Shown here piece by piece: positions 29,323 through 39,485 of a stretch of 64,000 nt of DNA (position 1 is the first letter of the stretch; each line of letters starts with the position of its first letter). The notes beneath the pieces are model-generated. The model was not told the DNA's origin, made no database searches, and worked only from the letters and a program-made list of their open reading frames with translations. The DNA comes from Saprospiraceae bacterium (lineage in GTDB: Bacteria > Bacteroidota > Bacteroidia > Chitinophagales > Saprospiraceae), in assembly GCA_041746735.1 (NCBI GenBank), contig JBGTGP010000051.1, positions 56,434-120,433 of the forward strand. Direction: 5' to 3'. The position numbers were made by a program, and so were the translations under genes.

Positions 29323-29691
29323 ATGGGTATACTGATCAGCGTGCATCCTAAATTGCCTACGCGGGATATGGATGTTACAAAGAGGTACTATCAAACTCAA
29401 CTTGATTTTGTTGTTGCTGGTGAATACCCGGAATATCTGATTCTGGTATGGGATGATATCGAAATCCATTTCTTTTCCTTTCCGGGCTTAAAGCGGGAGG
29501 AAAATTATGGGCAGGTCTATATCAGGACAAATAATATAGATCGGCTCTATCATTCTCTACTGGATAAAAAAGTAAAAATTCACCCTAACGGACATTTGGA
29601 AATGAAGCCGTGGGGGCAGCGGGAGTTTTCGTTATTGGATCCTGATAAAAACCTTCTGACTTTTGGTGAAAGTGTTCGGGTGGAGTTGTAA
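29323..29691 (+). CDS. VOC (glyoxalase/bleomycin-resistance) family protein
   Basis: 122 aa, beta-alpha-beta-beta-beta-like pattern. The C-terminal PWGQREFSLLDPDKNLLTF is typical of bleomycin-resistance-like VOC proteins. Confidence 0.65.
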   Translation: MGILISVHPKLPTRDMDVTKRYYQTQLDFVVAGEYPEYLILVWDDIEIHFFSFPGLKREENYGQVYIRTNNIDRLYHSLLDKKVKIHPNGHLEMKPWGQREFSLLDPDKNLLTFGESVRVEL

Positions 29692-29725
29692 AGTTATGCA
29701 GATCTTCATACGCGTCACAGATTCA

Positions 29726-30751
29726 TTAGTCATCTAACCATTCTACGACTACCTTTCCTATACTTTTTCGGGCTTCAACAAATGCGTGGGCATCAGCCAG
29801 TTGGCCGGAAGGAAAAATGCGGCCGATGTGGGGCTTAAGAACGCCTTCCTGGTACAGTTGCTGAACGCCGCGGAAAGACGTTGCGATCATGTCCGGTCGA
29901 TAGTCGGCGATGCGGAGCATATTAATTCCTATGAGGCTTTGGGATTTACCGAGGTAGGCAATAGGTGAAAAAAGTCCGAAGCCCCAGGCCAGTCGAAGTA
30001 ATGGTATAATCCCTTTTTTTCCACTCAGCGCAGCGGCTCCGAGTGAAATAATACGACCACCTGGAGCGAGAAAGGATTTTGCGATCCGGATGGACTTTCC
30101 GCCGATATTGTCAAATACGACGTCAACCTTTCCATCGAGATGCTGATGAAGGTAGGTCTGATACTGAGTTTCATGGTGATTGATGACATGTTGCACACCC
30201 AGCGTATGCAGATAATCTGCTTTATCCTTACCGCCTGCTACACCGATCACCGTACAACCGCGCCAGAGGGCAATCTGAATCAGCGCAGTACCCAATCCGC
30301 CTGCCGCTGCATGAATCAATACCTTCTCCTCAGGGAGTAGTGTCTGGGCCTGCATGGTAGCATGCCAGGCCGTAACGCATTGAGTGGCCAGAGCACATCC
30401 AATGCCGATAGGTGCATCATTCGGGAGCAATCCTACAGCTTCAGCCCGGGTGACAGCATAGCGGGCATACCCTCCAAAGCGAGTGAGGGCAAATACCCGA
30501 TCTCCTTTCCGTAAACCAATTACATCCGGACCTGTCTGATCAATAACGCCTTCCACATCATACCCAATAACACAAGGTAACGGGGGACATTCCCGGTACA
30601 ATCCCTGTCTGGCCATGATATCTGCGTAGTTAAGACCAAAGGCTGTCACCCGGATGCGAACTTCTCCCAGACCGGGCATGGGATCCGGAACTTCTTTGAG
30701 TTGAAAAGAAAGAGATGGCGTACTATGGCGAACGAGCAGATGAGCGAGCAT
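29726..30751 (-). CDS. zinc-type alcohol dehydrogenase-like / NADPH:quinone oxidoreductase (MDR superfamily)
   Basis: GLNYADIMARQG and the AAGGLGTALIQIA nucleotide-binding motif. Confidence 0.8.
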   Translation of the reverse strand: MLAHLLVRHSTPSLSFQLKEVPDPMPGLGEVRIRVTAFGLNYADIMARQGLYRECPPLPCVIGYDVEGVIDQTGPDVIGLRKGDRVFALTRFGGYARYAVTRAEAVGLLPNDAPIGIGCALATQCVTAWHATMQAQTLLPEEKVLIHAAAGGLGTALIQIALWRGCTVIGVAGGKDKADYLHTLGVQHVINHHETQYQTYLHQHLDGKVDVVFDNIGGKSIRIAKSFLAPGGRIISLGAAALSGKKGIIPLLRLAWGFGLFSPIAYLGKSQSLIGINMLRIADYRPDMIATSFRGVQQLYQEGVLKPHIGRIFPSGQLADAHAFVEARKSIGKVVVEWLDD

Positions 30752-31047
30752 AAAGTCAATTTTGATTAGAATCCAATAGCAGGGGCTTCATAAAACAACC
30801 GGTCTCAAACGATCAGCCGGCTCTGAAAATATTGAATTCTGTGGAAATTAGCGTATACACGTGTGAAAGTGTTCTGCTAAAGGGCCCTCAACGCCTTTTT
30901 AGCCCGATGTGTTTAGATGCAAAAATATGGATGACCCGTGTACCTGCGATGTAGCCGGATGGAAACCCGTCGGAAATACATTCTTATTAGAAACTTCTAA
31001 GGAATAGTAAATACCGGATAAACCGGAGAAATGCCTTCCTTTTTGAG

Positions 31048-31055
31048 TACCTTTG
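31048..31055 (+). promoter_or_regulatory. Bacteroidota-type -7 promoter box TACCTTTG upstream of the PAP2/haloperoxidase-like gene
   Basis: Exact TAnnTTTG match, 19 nt before ATG 31075. Confidence 0.35.
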
Positions 31056-31074
31056 TCCCTGAAAATATCTCCTC

Positions 31075-32400
31075 ATGCGAATCCGGATTTTCGCTCCCTT
31101 GTTGCTCCTCCTCGCGCTTCATACTGCGTGTAATCAAAATGGTTTTGACAACTCGGTTTGCGCCAATACTTCATACATCCATCAGGCAGTTGATAAAACG
31201 ACCGACATCATTGTACATGATATATTCTCTCCGGTTGTTGCGGCGCGTATATATGCTTATGCGTCAATTGCGTTGTATGAAACGCTACGCCATGGAGATT
31301 CATCCTATAAAAGCCTGGCCGGCCAATTACATGAACTGACCGAGGTCCCCGCGCCTCCATCTGACCCTGCTGTCGATATCCATATTGCTGGTATGCATGC
31401 GTACACGACCGTCGCAAAGGCGCTTGTGTTTTCAGAAGTGGATATGGAAGATTTTCGTGTAGCCATTTATGATGATCTGAAAAGTAAGGGCGTACCGGAG
31501 TCCACTATTGCAGCATCCAAAGCGTATGGTCAGACTGTAGCCGATCACATATTGGCGTGGTCCAAAAAAGATAATTATGCGGAGACCCGGAGCGCCACGA
31601 AATTTACCGTCTCCAATCAACCTTCCCGCTGGCAGCCTACGCCTCCCGGATTTATGGAAGGCGTCGAACCCAACTGGCGACTTATACGCCCCATGGTCAT
31701 TGACAGTGCCAGTCAGTTTACTCCACTTCCTCATACCCCGTTCAGTACGGATAAGAACTCGCTTTTTTATAAGCAGGCCATGGAAGTCTACACGGCTGTA
31801 GATTCCGGAAAAGAAGAAAAACTGGCTATTGCCAATTTCTGGGATTGCAATCCTTACGTGATGCATCAACAGGGCCACCTGATGTTTGCTACTAAAAAAA
31901 TCACACCGGGCGGACACTGGATGGGCATTGCAGGTATCGCATCCCGCAAAGCAGGGCTGGACATGGTCGGCACAGCTGAGGCCTATGCACTGACCGCTAT
32001 TGGTTTGTTTGATGGTTTTATCAGTTGCTGGGATGAAAAATTCAGAAGCAATCTGGTACGTCCTGAGACTTTTATCAACCGATATATCGATCCAAACTGG
32101 GTGCCGACACTTCAGACACCGCCATTTCCGGAACATACCAGTGGTCACAGCGTGATTTCTACGGCATCTTCAGTGATTCTGACCAGATTGTTTGGAGAAA
32201 ACTTTGCGTTTTCGGATAGTACTGAAGTACCTTACGACCTGCCTGTGCGTGATTTTAATTCCTTTAAGGAAGCAGCGGCAGAAGCAGCGATCAGCCGATA
32301 TTATGGAGGTATTCATTATATGCCTGCCATCGAATATGGTGTATCACAAGGTGAAAAAGTGGGTGAATACATCATGGCTAAGATTAACACACGCCAATAG
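31075..32400 (+). CDS. PAP2 superfamily protein of the vanadium-dependent haloperoxidase / acid phosphatase type, lipoprotein
   Basis: Lipobox LHTAC. All three PAP2 motifs are present in order: KFRSNLVRP (Kx6RP), TSGHS (PSGH-like), SRYYGGIH (SRx5H). Confidence 0.7.
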   Translation: MRIRIFAPLLLLLALHTACNQNGFDNSVCANTSYIHQAVDKTTDIIVHDIFSPVVAARIYAYASIALYETLRHGDSSYKSLAGQLHELTEVPAPPSDPAVDIHIAGMHAYTTVAKALVFSEVDMEDFRVAIYDDLKSKGVPESTIAASKAYGQTVADHILAWSKKDNYAETRSATKFTVSNQPSRWQPTPPGFMEGVEPNWRLIRPMVIDSASQFTPLPHTPFSTDKNSLFYKQAMEVYTAVDSGKEEKLAIANFWDCNPYVMHQQGHLMFATKKITPGGHWMGIAGIASRKAGLDMVGTAEAYALTAIGLFDGFISCWDEKFRSNLVRPETFINRYIDPNWVPTLQTPPFPEHTSGHSVISTASSVILTRLFGENFAFSDSTEVPYDLPVRDFNSFKEAAAEAAISRYYGGIHYMPAIEYGVSQGEKVGEYIMAKINTRQ

Positions 32401-32463
32401 GGTTTCTGTTTTTGGTCTTCCATAACCGGGTGGTTATCTTTAGCCTTCATTTGGTGATAGGTT

Positions 32464-33846
32464 ATGGACTACAGAATCGAAAAAGACAGTATTGGCCCCG
32501 TCAAAGTACCATCCAATGTGTACTGGGGCGCTCAAACACAACGCAGTAAGGACAATTTCAAGATTGGAGGCCATCGGATGCCGATCGAGGTCATTCGTGC
32601 TTTTGCCATCCTGAAAAAAGCAGCTGCGCTTACCAATCAGGAACTAGGTGTACTTCCTCAGCCTAAAGCTCGGCTGATTGCCAGAGTCTGTGATGAAATT
32701 CTGAAGGGTCAGCTTGATGATCAGTTTCCTCTTGTCGTCTGGCAGACCGGATCTGGTACACAGTCCAATATGAACCTCAATGAGGTCATTGCCAACCGGG
32801 CACATGTACTTAAAGGGGGGAAACTGGAAGATGTCAAAAAAATCCTCCACCCCAATGACGATGTCAATAAATCTCAATCCTCTAATGATACGTTCCCTAC
32901 GGCAATGAGTATTGCGGCTTACCGCTATCTCGCTGAACACACCTTACCTGCCCTACGGGTATTGCATACATCGCTCGACCGGAAGTCAAAAGCTTTTAAA
33001 AATGTGGTGAAGATCGGCCGGACCCACCTGATGGATGCCACGCCGTTGACCCTTGGACAGGAGTTTAGCGGCTATGCGGCGCAGGTGGAACACGCCATTA
33101 AAGCGGTTGAAAATACCCTGCCTCATCTGGCTGAGTTGGCGTTGGGTGGCACGGCTGTCGGTACAGGATTGAATACACCGAAAGGGTATGATCGGTTGGT
33201 TGCCAAGAAAATTGCCACCCTTACAGGTCATCCTTTTAAAACCGCCAAAAACAAATTTGAATCTCTGGCAGCACATGACGCTATCGTAGCATCCCACGGT
33301 GCTCTAAAGTCCGTAGCTGTAGCGCTCAATAAGATCGCGAATGATATCCGGTTGCTGGCTTCAGGTCCTCGGAGTGGTATCGGTGAGCTCAATATACCCA
33401 GTAATGAACCTGGTTCCTCCATTATGCCTGGAAAAGTCAATCCCACACAATCGGAAGCTTTGACGATGGCGATGGCGCAGGTCATCGGGAATGACGTTAC
33501 GATTAATGTTGGTGGTATGCAGGGTCATTTTGAGCTCAATGTGTTCAAGCCTGTGATCATCTTCAACTTTCTGACCTCTGCCCGACTGATCGCAGATGCT
33601 TCGATGAGTTTTGTAGAGCACTGTGTGGATGGAATAGAGGCCAATCAGCCCCGCATCAAAATGCATCTCGACAATTCACTGATGCTGGTGACTGCCCTTA
33701 ATACCCATATTGGCTATGACAAGGCTGCGGAGATCGCGAAAAAAGCACATAAGGAAAATACAACACTAAAAGAGGCGGCCATCACATTGGGGTATCTCAC
33801 TGCTACCCAGTTTGACCAATGGGTGCGCGCAGAGGATATGGTGTAA
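32464..33846 (+). CDS. fumC: class II fumarate hydratase
   Basis: [16 protein letters not shown] signature and [10 protein letters not shown], 460 aa. Confidence 0.95.
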   Translation: MDYRIEKDSIGPVKVPSNVYWGAQTQRSKDNFKIGGHRMPIEVIRAFAILKKAAALTNQELGVLPQPKARLIARVCDEILKGQLDDQFPLVVWQTGSGTQSNMNLNEVIANRAHVLKGGKLEDVKKILHPNDDVNKSQSSNDTFPTAMSIAAYRYLAEHTLPALRVLHTSLDRKSKAFKNVVKIGRTHLMDATPLTLGQEFSGYAAQVEHAIKAVENTLPHLAELALGGTAVGTGLNTPKGYDRLVAKKIATLTGHPFKTAKNKFESLAAHDAIVASHGALKSVAVALNKIANDIRLLASGPRSGIGELNIPSNEPGSSIMPGKVNPTQSEALTMAMAQVIGNDVTINVGGMQGHFELNVFKPVIIFNFLTSARLIADASMSFVEHCVDGIEANQPRIKMHLDNSLMLVTALNTHIGYDKAAEIAKKAHKENTTLKEAAITLGYLTATQFDQWVRAEDMV

Positions 33847-33905
33847 CCCCACCAACATTGGTTTTATCGTGTATCGTGTAACATTTTTTCTTGCCGCATC
33901 TGGTA

Positions 33906-34283
33906 TTAAAACCGGAGCGACGCCCAGATGCTGCCAAGGACCAGGACGACCAGCATCAGTCCCATACCAAATATATAAGCTGTTCCAACACCAGGGCCTT
34001 GTTCAGAGTGAGCCTGTAGACTCCTGCTCAAAACCAGATGGCCACCAATAATTCCGGCGATCCAAAGACGAAGCAAGAGCAGTGGTTTGAAAGACATAGA
34101 GACAAAATATAATCCAAACGTCATCGGGAGCATCAGTAATGGAATAATGTATGTCGTGGAGATCCAAAATGAATCCATGGATCTGACAGGCGAAGAGGTC
34201 AACCGGGCGATCAGGAGTACCCATCCGTAATAGATGAGCCACATCACTTCTGGTCCGAGGAGAAAAGGAATAAGACGTTTCAT
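33906..34283 (-). CDS. hypothetical integral membrane protein (about 4 TM)
   Basis: Hydrophobic helices throughout. No family recognised. Confidence 0.45.
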   Translation of the reverse strand: MKRLIPFLLGPEVMWLIYYGWVLLIARLTSSPVRSMDSFWISTTYIIPLLMLPMTFGLYFVSMSFKPLLLLRLWIAGIIGGHLVLSRSLQAHSEQGPGVGTAYIFGMGLMLVVLVLGSIWASLRF

Positions 34284-34293
34284 ACAAACAAAA

Positions 34294-34950
34294 TTATTGC
34301 TGTGCAGTGGACACTATGATCGTATCCTTTTGGATCGAGTACAAATGGCCCGGAGCCTGATCGCGCAGAATGCGTCGGGCGACAAACTCAAGAATCGGCA
34401 TACGGTCTTCGAGGGGGAGGTTGGTATTTCGCACCCAACTTTCTTCATCCGGCACATGGACAATAGCCAGAACATCATATCCACCAAACTCGTACCAAAA
34501 TCGGAGTACGACATCTTGCCTGTAAAATATGACTGTACCTGAGCGTCCTTCACTGATATACTCCACATGTCCGATATGATCTTCAGTGATTTTGTCGAAT
34601 CCCATGTCCATCCAGATTTCAGCTAACTGTTGGGGATCAAGTCCAAGCCATTTTTTCAATTGCAATGAGGGAATGCCGGCCTTGATCAGTCGGGTCACAA
34701 CATCGCGATGGACCTTATGCTGTAGCTGTCCCAAATAGGTCTCCCGGTGCTGTTCGATCAGCTCAGCTGAAATCTTCTCTGCCTCTCGCTGAATTTTCTG
34801 AAGCTCCTGCTTTGCGGCTACTTGCTCCTCTATGGCGTGTGCCTTTGCCTCGCGGGCCTCAGCGGCGAGAAGATCGAGATGTGCCAGGGCGTCTTTCATC
34901 GTCTGCTCAAAAACATTTCGATCCGTCTCGTGATGCGGGGGTGATGTCAT
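34294..34950 (-). CDS. hypothetical protein, N-terminal coiled coil plus C-terminal globular domain
   Basis: A/E/K-rich heptad region (AAEAREAKAHAIEEQVAAKQELQKIQREAEKI). No family recognised. Confidence 0.5.
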   Translation of the reverse strand: MTSPPHHETDRNVFEQTMKDALAHLDLLAAEAREAKAHAIEEQVAAKQELQKIQREAEKISAELIEQHRETYLGQLQHKVHRDVVTRLIKAGIPSLQLKKWLGLDPQQLAEIWMDMGFDKITEDHIGHVEYISEGRSGTVIFYRQDVVLRFWYEFGGYDVLAIVHVPDEESWVRNTNLPLEDRMPILEFVARRILRDQAPGHLYSIQKDTIIVSTAQQ

Positions 34951-34992
34951 GTATTGCTTAATGTTGAGTCCATCTGTGGCTGGTGCATACCC

Positions 34993-35277
34993 CTAATTCC
35001 ATCGGGGCTTTCCTATCATAATCACCAGCGCGAAAAGGATAACGACCACGCCTGGAATAGAAGCAGCGACGAGGATTCCATTTGCAAGAGATAGCTTACC
35101 ACTATTCTTCAACATTTGCGTCCCCAGTAAAATACCCCCTATTAACAGCAGGATGATCATCCAAAGCCCGATATTCCGGCCATTGACACTTCCGTCATTC
35201 AGCCCAACAAAAAAGAAATAGATCGGGATCAACGCCATGACTATATTGAAAATCCAAAGTACCCAGAACGTATTCAT
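34993..35277 (-). CDS. hypothetical small membrane protein (3 TM)
   Basis: 94 aa, three hydrophobic helices. Confidence 0.45.
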   Translation of the reverse strand: MNTFWVLWIFNIVMALIPIYFFFVGLNDGSVNGRNIGLWMIILLLIGGILLGTQMLKNSGKLSLANGILVAASIPGVVVILFALVIMIGKPRWN

Positions 35278-35300
35278 TTTATGTTATTGATGTGAGATAA

Positions 35301-37091
35301 TTAAGAAATGAATTTAAGCTTTTTCATCCCATAGGCCAACAAAAAAGACAAGAAAAACACAATGGTCCCAAGGACAGCAAATCTGGCGATCAGATCTCCC
35401 CATTGGGTATAAAAGGTCACCTGAGTCTCGGGGACTACATGACCTTTGATAGCGATGGCTTCTCCATACAATGTCGGCTGGTGAATCCTGCCCCATATAT
35501 CAATAAAACACGATATCCCTGTATTGGCACTACGGGCAATGGGGCGTCGATGTTCGATCGCGCGCAGGGAACCGAGTTTGAGGTGCTGGATATGTCCGGG
35601 GGTATTATCCCACCAGCCATCATTGGTCACGATAAATAAAGCCGTTGCACCTTTCTTGACATACTCCCCCATGTAAGCGCCATATACCGACTCGTAACAG
35701 ATAACCGGCGCCACGTGGAGTGGTCCTCCTGTAAATACATCTCGTTCTGCCTGTTTGGTGTGTCCTTCATAGCTGCCTCCCAATTTGTCTACTATGGGTC
35801 TCATAAAGAAGAGAACATCTCTGAATGGAAACATTTCTGGTCCTGGCACAAGTTTAGATTTGAAATACACCTGATAAGTGTCTGACCCGGATGCGAGTTG
35901 GATCGCAGAATTTTGAATATCCCACAACGTTGTATCACCCCGTGCATCGATATGGGTTCGGTAAGTATGGTGTGGCAAATGATCCTTCTCTAAAACCCGG
36001 AAGGATGAAATACCTGTCACCAGCCGTAGGTTTTGAAAAGAATCGACGAGACTTTGCATCAGTTGGACATAGACATTGTCCCGAAATGTATTCAGCCTGA
36101 TGCCTTCAAAGCTGGTTTCGGGAAATACGAGGTAACGTGTAGTACTATCGATTTGGTCGAGTGATAACTGCATAAACCGCAATGCCTGTGTTCGTTGGGG
36201 GATTTCAAATTTCTCATAATGAGGTTCGAAATTGGGTTGCACCACGACTATAGAAACCGGGTCCGTATTACTTTCCTCTACCTGGTTCCATATCCAAACG
36301 GACAGCAATATGGGCAGACATACCAGGGCGATAAAGACCCCGATGGGAAGGGATTTGGCTCTGAGCCAGCGAACGATTATGGAATATCCCAGGTAGTTGA
36401 CCAGCAAGATCCAAAGCGATCCTCCGAAGATGCCGGTATATTCATACCATTGAATGGCCCATGGATACTGAGCGAGTGCATTTCCGAGTGTGAGCCAGGG
36501 CCATGAGATATCCCAGAAGTGATGTATGTATTCGAAGGAGATCCAAATCGAAAAAAAGACCCACATGGACCAACGGTGATGGACCTGATGGCGTATGACA
36601 TGGATGATGGCCAAGACTGTGGCCATGAGTGCGGCATTTAGAAAATTGGCGACGATACCAGCGATGAGTGCTGTATTGGTGACCCAAAATGTGGCGATGA
36701 TATTCCACAGAACGAAGGCATGGAAACTGAAAAGAAACACCTGTCCGGGCATCACTTTATCCTTCCGCTGATACACTCCATTTTCGACAGCGAGCAATGG
36801 AATCCAGGCGAGGAAAATGATCCAGGTCAATGGTGATGGCGGGAAACCTACACCCAACATAACACCGGAAAGTGTGGCTGCACCCAGCCATTTGCGTCGC
36901 GTAGGATCGGGAGGATAAAAAAACATCACAATGGCCATCCAAAAGGACAGGAGCATGACCAGGGGCCACCATCCCCAAAGAGGAAGTCGAAGCATCTGCC
37001 AGGATGAAAAAGTGCCCAGGGTAAGCAGAAACAGGATGGTCAAGTTTCTGGCTGTCAACCAGGGTTTTGGGGCAGAGGTGGATTCCGGCAT
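35301..37091 (-). CDS. lnt: apolipoprotein N-acyltransferase
   Basis: Multi-TM N-terminal half plus a C-terminal nitrilase-fold domain (VVQPN..., ICYESVY with catalytic Cys, VTNDGWW). Confidence 0.85.
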   Translation of the reverse strand: MPESTSAPKPWLTARNLTILFLLTLGTFSSWQMLRLPLWGWWPLVMLLSFWMAIVMFFYPPDPTRRKWLGAATLSGVMLGVGFPPSPLTWIIFLAWIPLLAVENGVYQRKDKVMPGQVFLFSFHAFVLWNIIATFWVTNTALIAGIVANFLNAALMATVLAIIHVIRHQVHHRWSMWVFFSIWISFEYIHHFWDISWPWLTLGNALAQYPWAIQWYEYTGIFGGSLWILLVNYLGYSIIVRWLRAKSLPIGVFIALVCLPILLSVWIWNQVEESNTDPVSIVVVQPNFEPHYEKFEIPQRTQALRFMQLSLDQIDSTTRYLVFPETSFEGIRLNTFRDNVYVQLMQSLVDSFQNLRLVTGISSFRVLEKDHLPHHTYRTHIDARGDTTLWDIQNSAIQLASGSDTYQVYFKSKLVPGPEMFPFRDVLFFMRPIVDKLGGSYEGHTKQAERDVFTGGPLHVAPVICYESVYGAYMGEYVKKGATALFIVTNDGWWDNTPGHIQHLKLGSLRAIEHRRPIARSANTGISCFIDIWGRIHQPTLYGEAIAIKGHVVPETQVTFYTQWGDLIARFAVLGTIVFFLSFLLAYGMKKLKFIS

Positions 37092-37163
37092 ATGGCGCTA
37101 GGTGTGTGTAGCATTCAGCATCGTCCGGCAAGATACAAAGCCGGCTGACGGTCGGAGGTATGA

Positions 37164-39308
37164 TTAACTGATGGGCATCCCACTTTCGTCAGATGCCGCC
37201 TGAACAAAAAGAAGACGGCCGTCATCATGCTGGGCCATGAGGATCATACCCTGTGAATCAACACCACGGATCTTACGGGGTTCGAGGTTCGCTAAAATGA
37301 CAACTTGCTTTCCGGGTAACTCAGCAGGTGCATAATGCTGCGCGATTCCACTCACGACCGTGCGCTGTATGCCTTTTACATCCAGGGTCAGTTTGAGGAG
37401 TTTGTCTGCTTTCGGCACGGTTTCGGCTGCAAGAATGGTGGCCGTCCGGATATCCATTTTTGCAAACTCATCATAACTAACAGGAGGTTTACTTACTTGT
37501 TGTTTTGGTTCACCTACCGGCTCCGTAGCAGCGGATGACATAGCATGGAGATTCTCAATTTGCTTCTGCACCCATTCATCTTCGATACGGCTAAAGAGAT
37601 GTTCGGGTTGTGCAAGCTGATGATCGTCCGGTATAAGTTTTTCTCCCGCGGCGAGGCTGTCCAGGGTTGTGACCCACACACCTTGTTCGGTAAATGGTCC
37701 CAGGTTAAGCAACTTACGCAATCGAGCTGAGGCATCCGGCATAAAAGGATGCAAGGCGGTGCTCATTGCGGCGAGATACTGAATGCATAAGTTCAGGACG
37801 GCCTTTACTGTTTCAGGTTCGTCTTTCTGGGTTTTCCAGGGTTCATTAAACTGGAGGATCTGATTGCCGGCCGTGGCGATGTCGAGTACGGCTTTGAGCC
37901 CTTCCCGAAAATCATATCTGGAGATCGCATCCTGCACGGACCACATACGGTCGAAGAGATCCATCATTTCAACTTCGTGCCATGATGCTTCGTCATCTCC
38001 GCGGGTGCCTACGATCGGGGTATCCTCATCAAAGGAAGGGACTTTTCCTTCATAGTATTTGTGGTTCAGGACCAGAACTCGCTGAACAAAATTGGCTAGT
38101 GTTCCAACAAGATCTGCGTTGACATCGGACTGATAACCTTTCCAGGTAAACTCGGCGTCCTTTTGTTCAGGCATGTTTTTAGTCAGCACATAGCGCAGGG
38201 CATCTGTTTGCTCTGGATACGCTTCCAGAAATTCATGCACCCAAATGGCCCAGTTACGTGATGTAGAAATCTTTTGTTCTTCCAGGTTGAGAAATTGATT
38301 GGCAGGAACATTGACGGGCAGATTATATTGACCGTGCGCCTTCAGGATGGCCGGGAAGATGAGGCAATGAAAGACGATATTGTCTTTACCAATAAAATGA
38401 ATGACATTGGATTCCGGATCCTGCCAGTAGGCTTTCCAATCCTTACCGTGATCGGCGGCCCATTGTTTGGTTGCGCTTACATAGCCGATAGGCGCATCCA
38501 TCCAGACATATAGTTTTTTGCCTTCAGCACCGGGTATCTCCTGTGGTACATCTACACCCCAGTCGAGATCGCGGGTCATAGCACGAGGTTGCAGACCGCC
38601 GTCGAGCCAGGATTTACATTGGCCCAGGACGTGTGCTTTCCAATCGTTTGGATCGTGATGTTCCTGGCCCTCAAGGATGCCTGTTTCTACCCAGGGGCGG
38701 AGCCAGGATTCATACTGATCCAGAGGAAGATACCAGTGGCGTGTCTTGCGAAGAATCGGTTTAGTTCCCGTTATGGTGGAGACGGGGTTGATGAGTTCGA
38801 GAGGACTTAATGAAGAGCCGCATTTTTCGCATTGATCTCCATAAGCATCCGGATTACTGCACTTCGGACATGTACCTTTGATATATCGGTCGGCCAGAAA
38901 CTTTGCGGCTTGTTCATCGTAATACTGTTCGGACTCCTCTTCGACAAACTGACCTTTGGTGTAGAGGGTCCGAAAGAAGTCCTGAGCGGTTTCGTGATGG
39001 AGTGGAGAAGAGGTACGGTGATATATATCAAATGAGATCCCTGCCTTTCGGAATGTTTCTTCAAACAGTGCGTGGTACTTATCGATGATGGCCTGAGGAG
39101 TCGACTCTTCTTTAAGGGCGCGGATGGTAATGGCGGCGCCATGTTCGTCAGAGCCGCAGATAAAAGCTACATCGTGATCCAGCATCCTCAGCATTCGAAC
39201 ATAAATATCTGCGGGGATATATGCACCGGTGAGGTGTCCTATGTGTAGGGGGCCGTTGGCATATGGCAATGCCGAGGTCACAAGATATCGCCTGGGGGGC
39301 TGGATCAT
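37164..39308 (-). CDS. metG: methionine--tRNA ligase with C-terminal tRNA-binding (Trbp111/EMAP-like) domain
   Basis: TSALPYANGPLHIGH (HIGH), KISTSRN (KMSKS variant), CPKC..CEKC zinc knuckle. Start set at ATG 39308. The ORF-track GTG 39458 extension merely reads through the heptamer repeat. Confidence 0.95.
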   Translation of the reverse strand: MIQPPRRYLVTSALPYANGPLHIGHLTGAYIPADIYVRMLRMLDHDVAFICGSDEHGAAITIRALKEESTPQAIIDKYHALFEETFRKAGISFDIYHRTSSPLHHETAQDFFRTLYTKGQFVEEESEQYYDEQAAKFLADRYIKGTCPKCSNPDAYGDQCEKCGSSLSPLELINPVSTITGTKPILRKTRHWYLPLDQYESWLRPWVETGILEGQEHHDPNDWKAHVLGQCKSWLDGGLQPRAMTRDLDWGVDVPQEIPGAEGKKLYVWMDAPIGYVSATKQWAADHGKDWKAYWQDPESNVIHFIGKDNIVFHCLIFPAILKAHGQYNLPVNVPANQFLNLEEQKISTSRNWAIWVHEFLEAYPEQTDALRYVLTKNMPEQKDAEFTWKGYQSDVNADLVGTLANFVQRVLVLNHKYYEGKVPSFDEDTPIVGTRGDDEASWHEVEMMDLFDRMWSVQDAISRYDFREGLKAVLDIATAGNQILQFNEPWKTQKDEPETVKAVLNLCIQYLAAMSTALHPFMPDASARLRKLLNLGPFTEQGVWVTTLDSLAAGEKLIPDDHQLAQPEHLFSRIEDEWVQKQIENLHAMSSAATEPVGEPKQQVSKPPVSYDEFAKMDIRTATILAAETVPKADKLLKLTLDVKGIQRTVVSGIAQHYAPAELPGKQVVILANLEPRKIRGVDSQGMILMAQHDDGRLLFVQAASDESGMPIS

Positions 39309-39353
39309 AACTTGACTGAATCTGGGGGCGAAGGTAGTCAATATGTAAATGTT

Positions 39354-39374
39354 CTTGCGCGTATTGCGCGCAAG
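39354..39374 (-). other. perfect 8-bp GC-rich hairpin (CTTGCGCG-CAATA-CGCGCAAG on the minus strand) 46 nt upstream of the metG ATG
   Basis: Inverted repeat read directly from the sequence. Function (leader structure, weak terminator of tag or protein site) unknown. Confidence 0.5.
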
Positions 39375-39376
39375 GT

Positions 39377-39438
39377 GGGTAAAGGGTAAAGGGTAAAGTG
39401 GGGAGTGGGGAGTAGGGAGTAGGGAGTGGGGAGTGGGG
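39377..39438 (+). repeat. heptamer microsatellite block 1: (GGGTAAA)3 then (GGGGAGT/AGGGAGT)5 + GGGG
   Basis: Read directly from the sequence. 7-nt period throughout. Confidence 0.95.
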
Positions 39439-39485
39439 TGCTTCGACCCGCTTGACACATCCTCGTGCTACAGCTCAGCAACCGT

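Noticed and set aside
39377-39397. (GGGTAAA)3 as a telomere-like repeat
   Set aside because: The plant-type telomere unit is TTTAGGG, whereas this is TAAAGGG/CCCTTTA, a different sequence. Only three copies are present, and they are embedded in a bacterial intergenic region.
39452-39457. TTGACA hexamer in the spacer between the heptamer blocks as a sigma70 -35 box
   Set aside because: No -10 element lies at the proper spacing, it points toward the 3' end of tag with no plus-strand gene to drive, and Bacteroidota housekeeping promoters use TTTG/TAnnTTTG rather than TTGACA/TATAAT.
39309-39458. N-terminal extensions of metG (to GTG 39458) and tag (to 40258) given in the ORF track
   Set aside because: The extensions translate the heptamer repeat (PTPHSLLPTPHSP..) and the C-rich leader (PPSTTRPSNPF..HPPTHP..). 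Canonical N-termini with ATG follow: MIQPPRRYLVTSALPYANG for MetG and MKSDSITRCLWCG for Tag.
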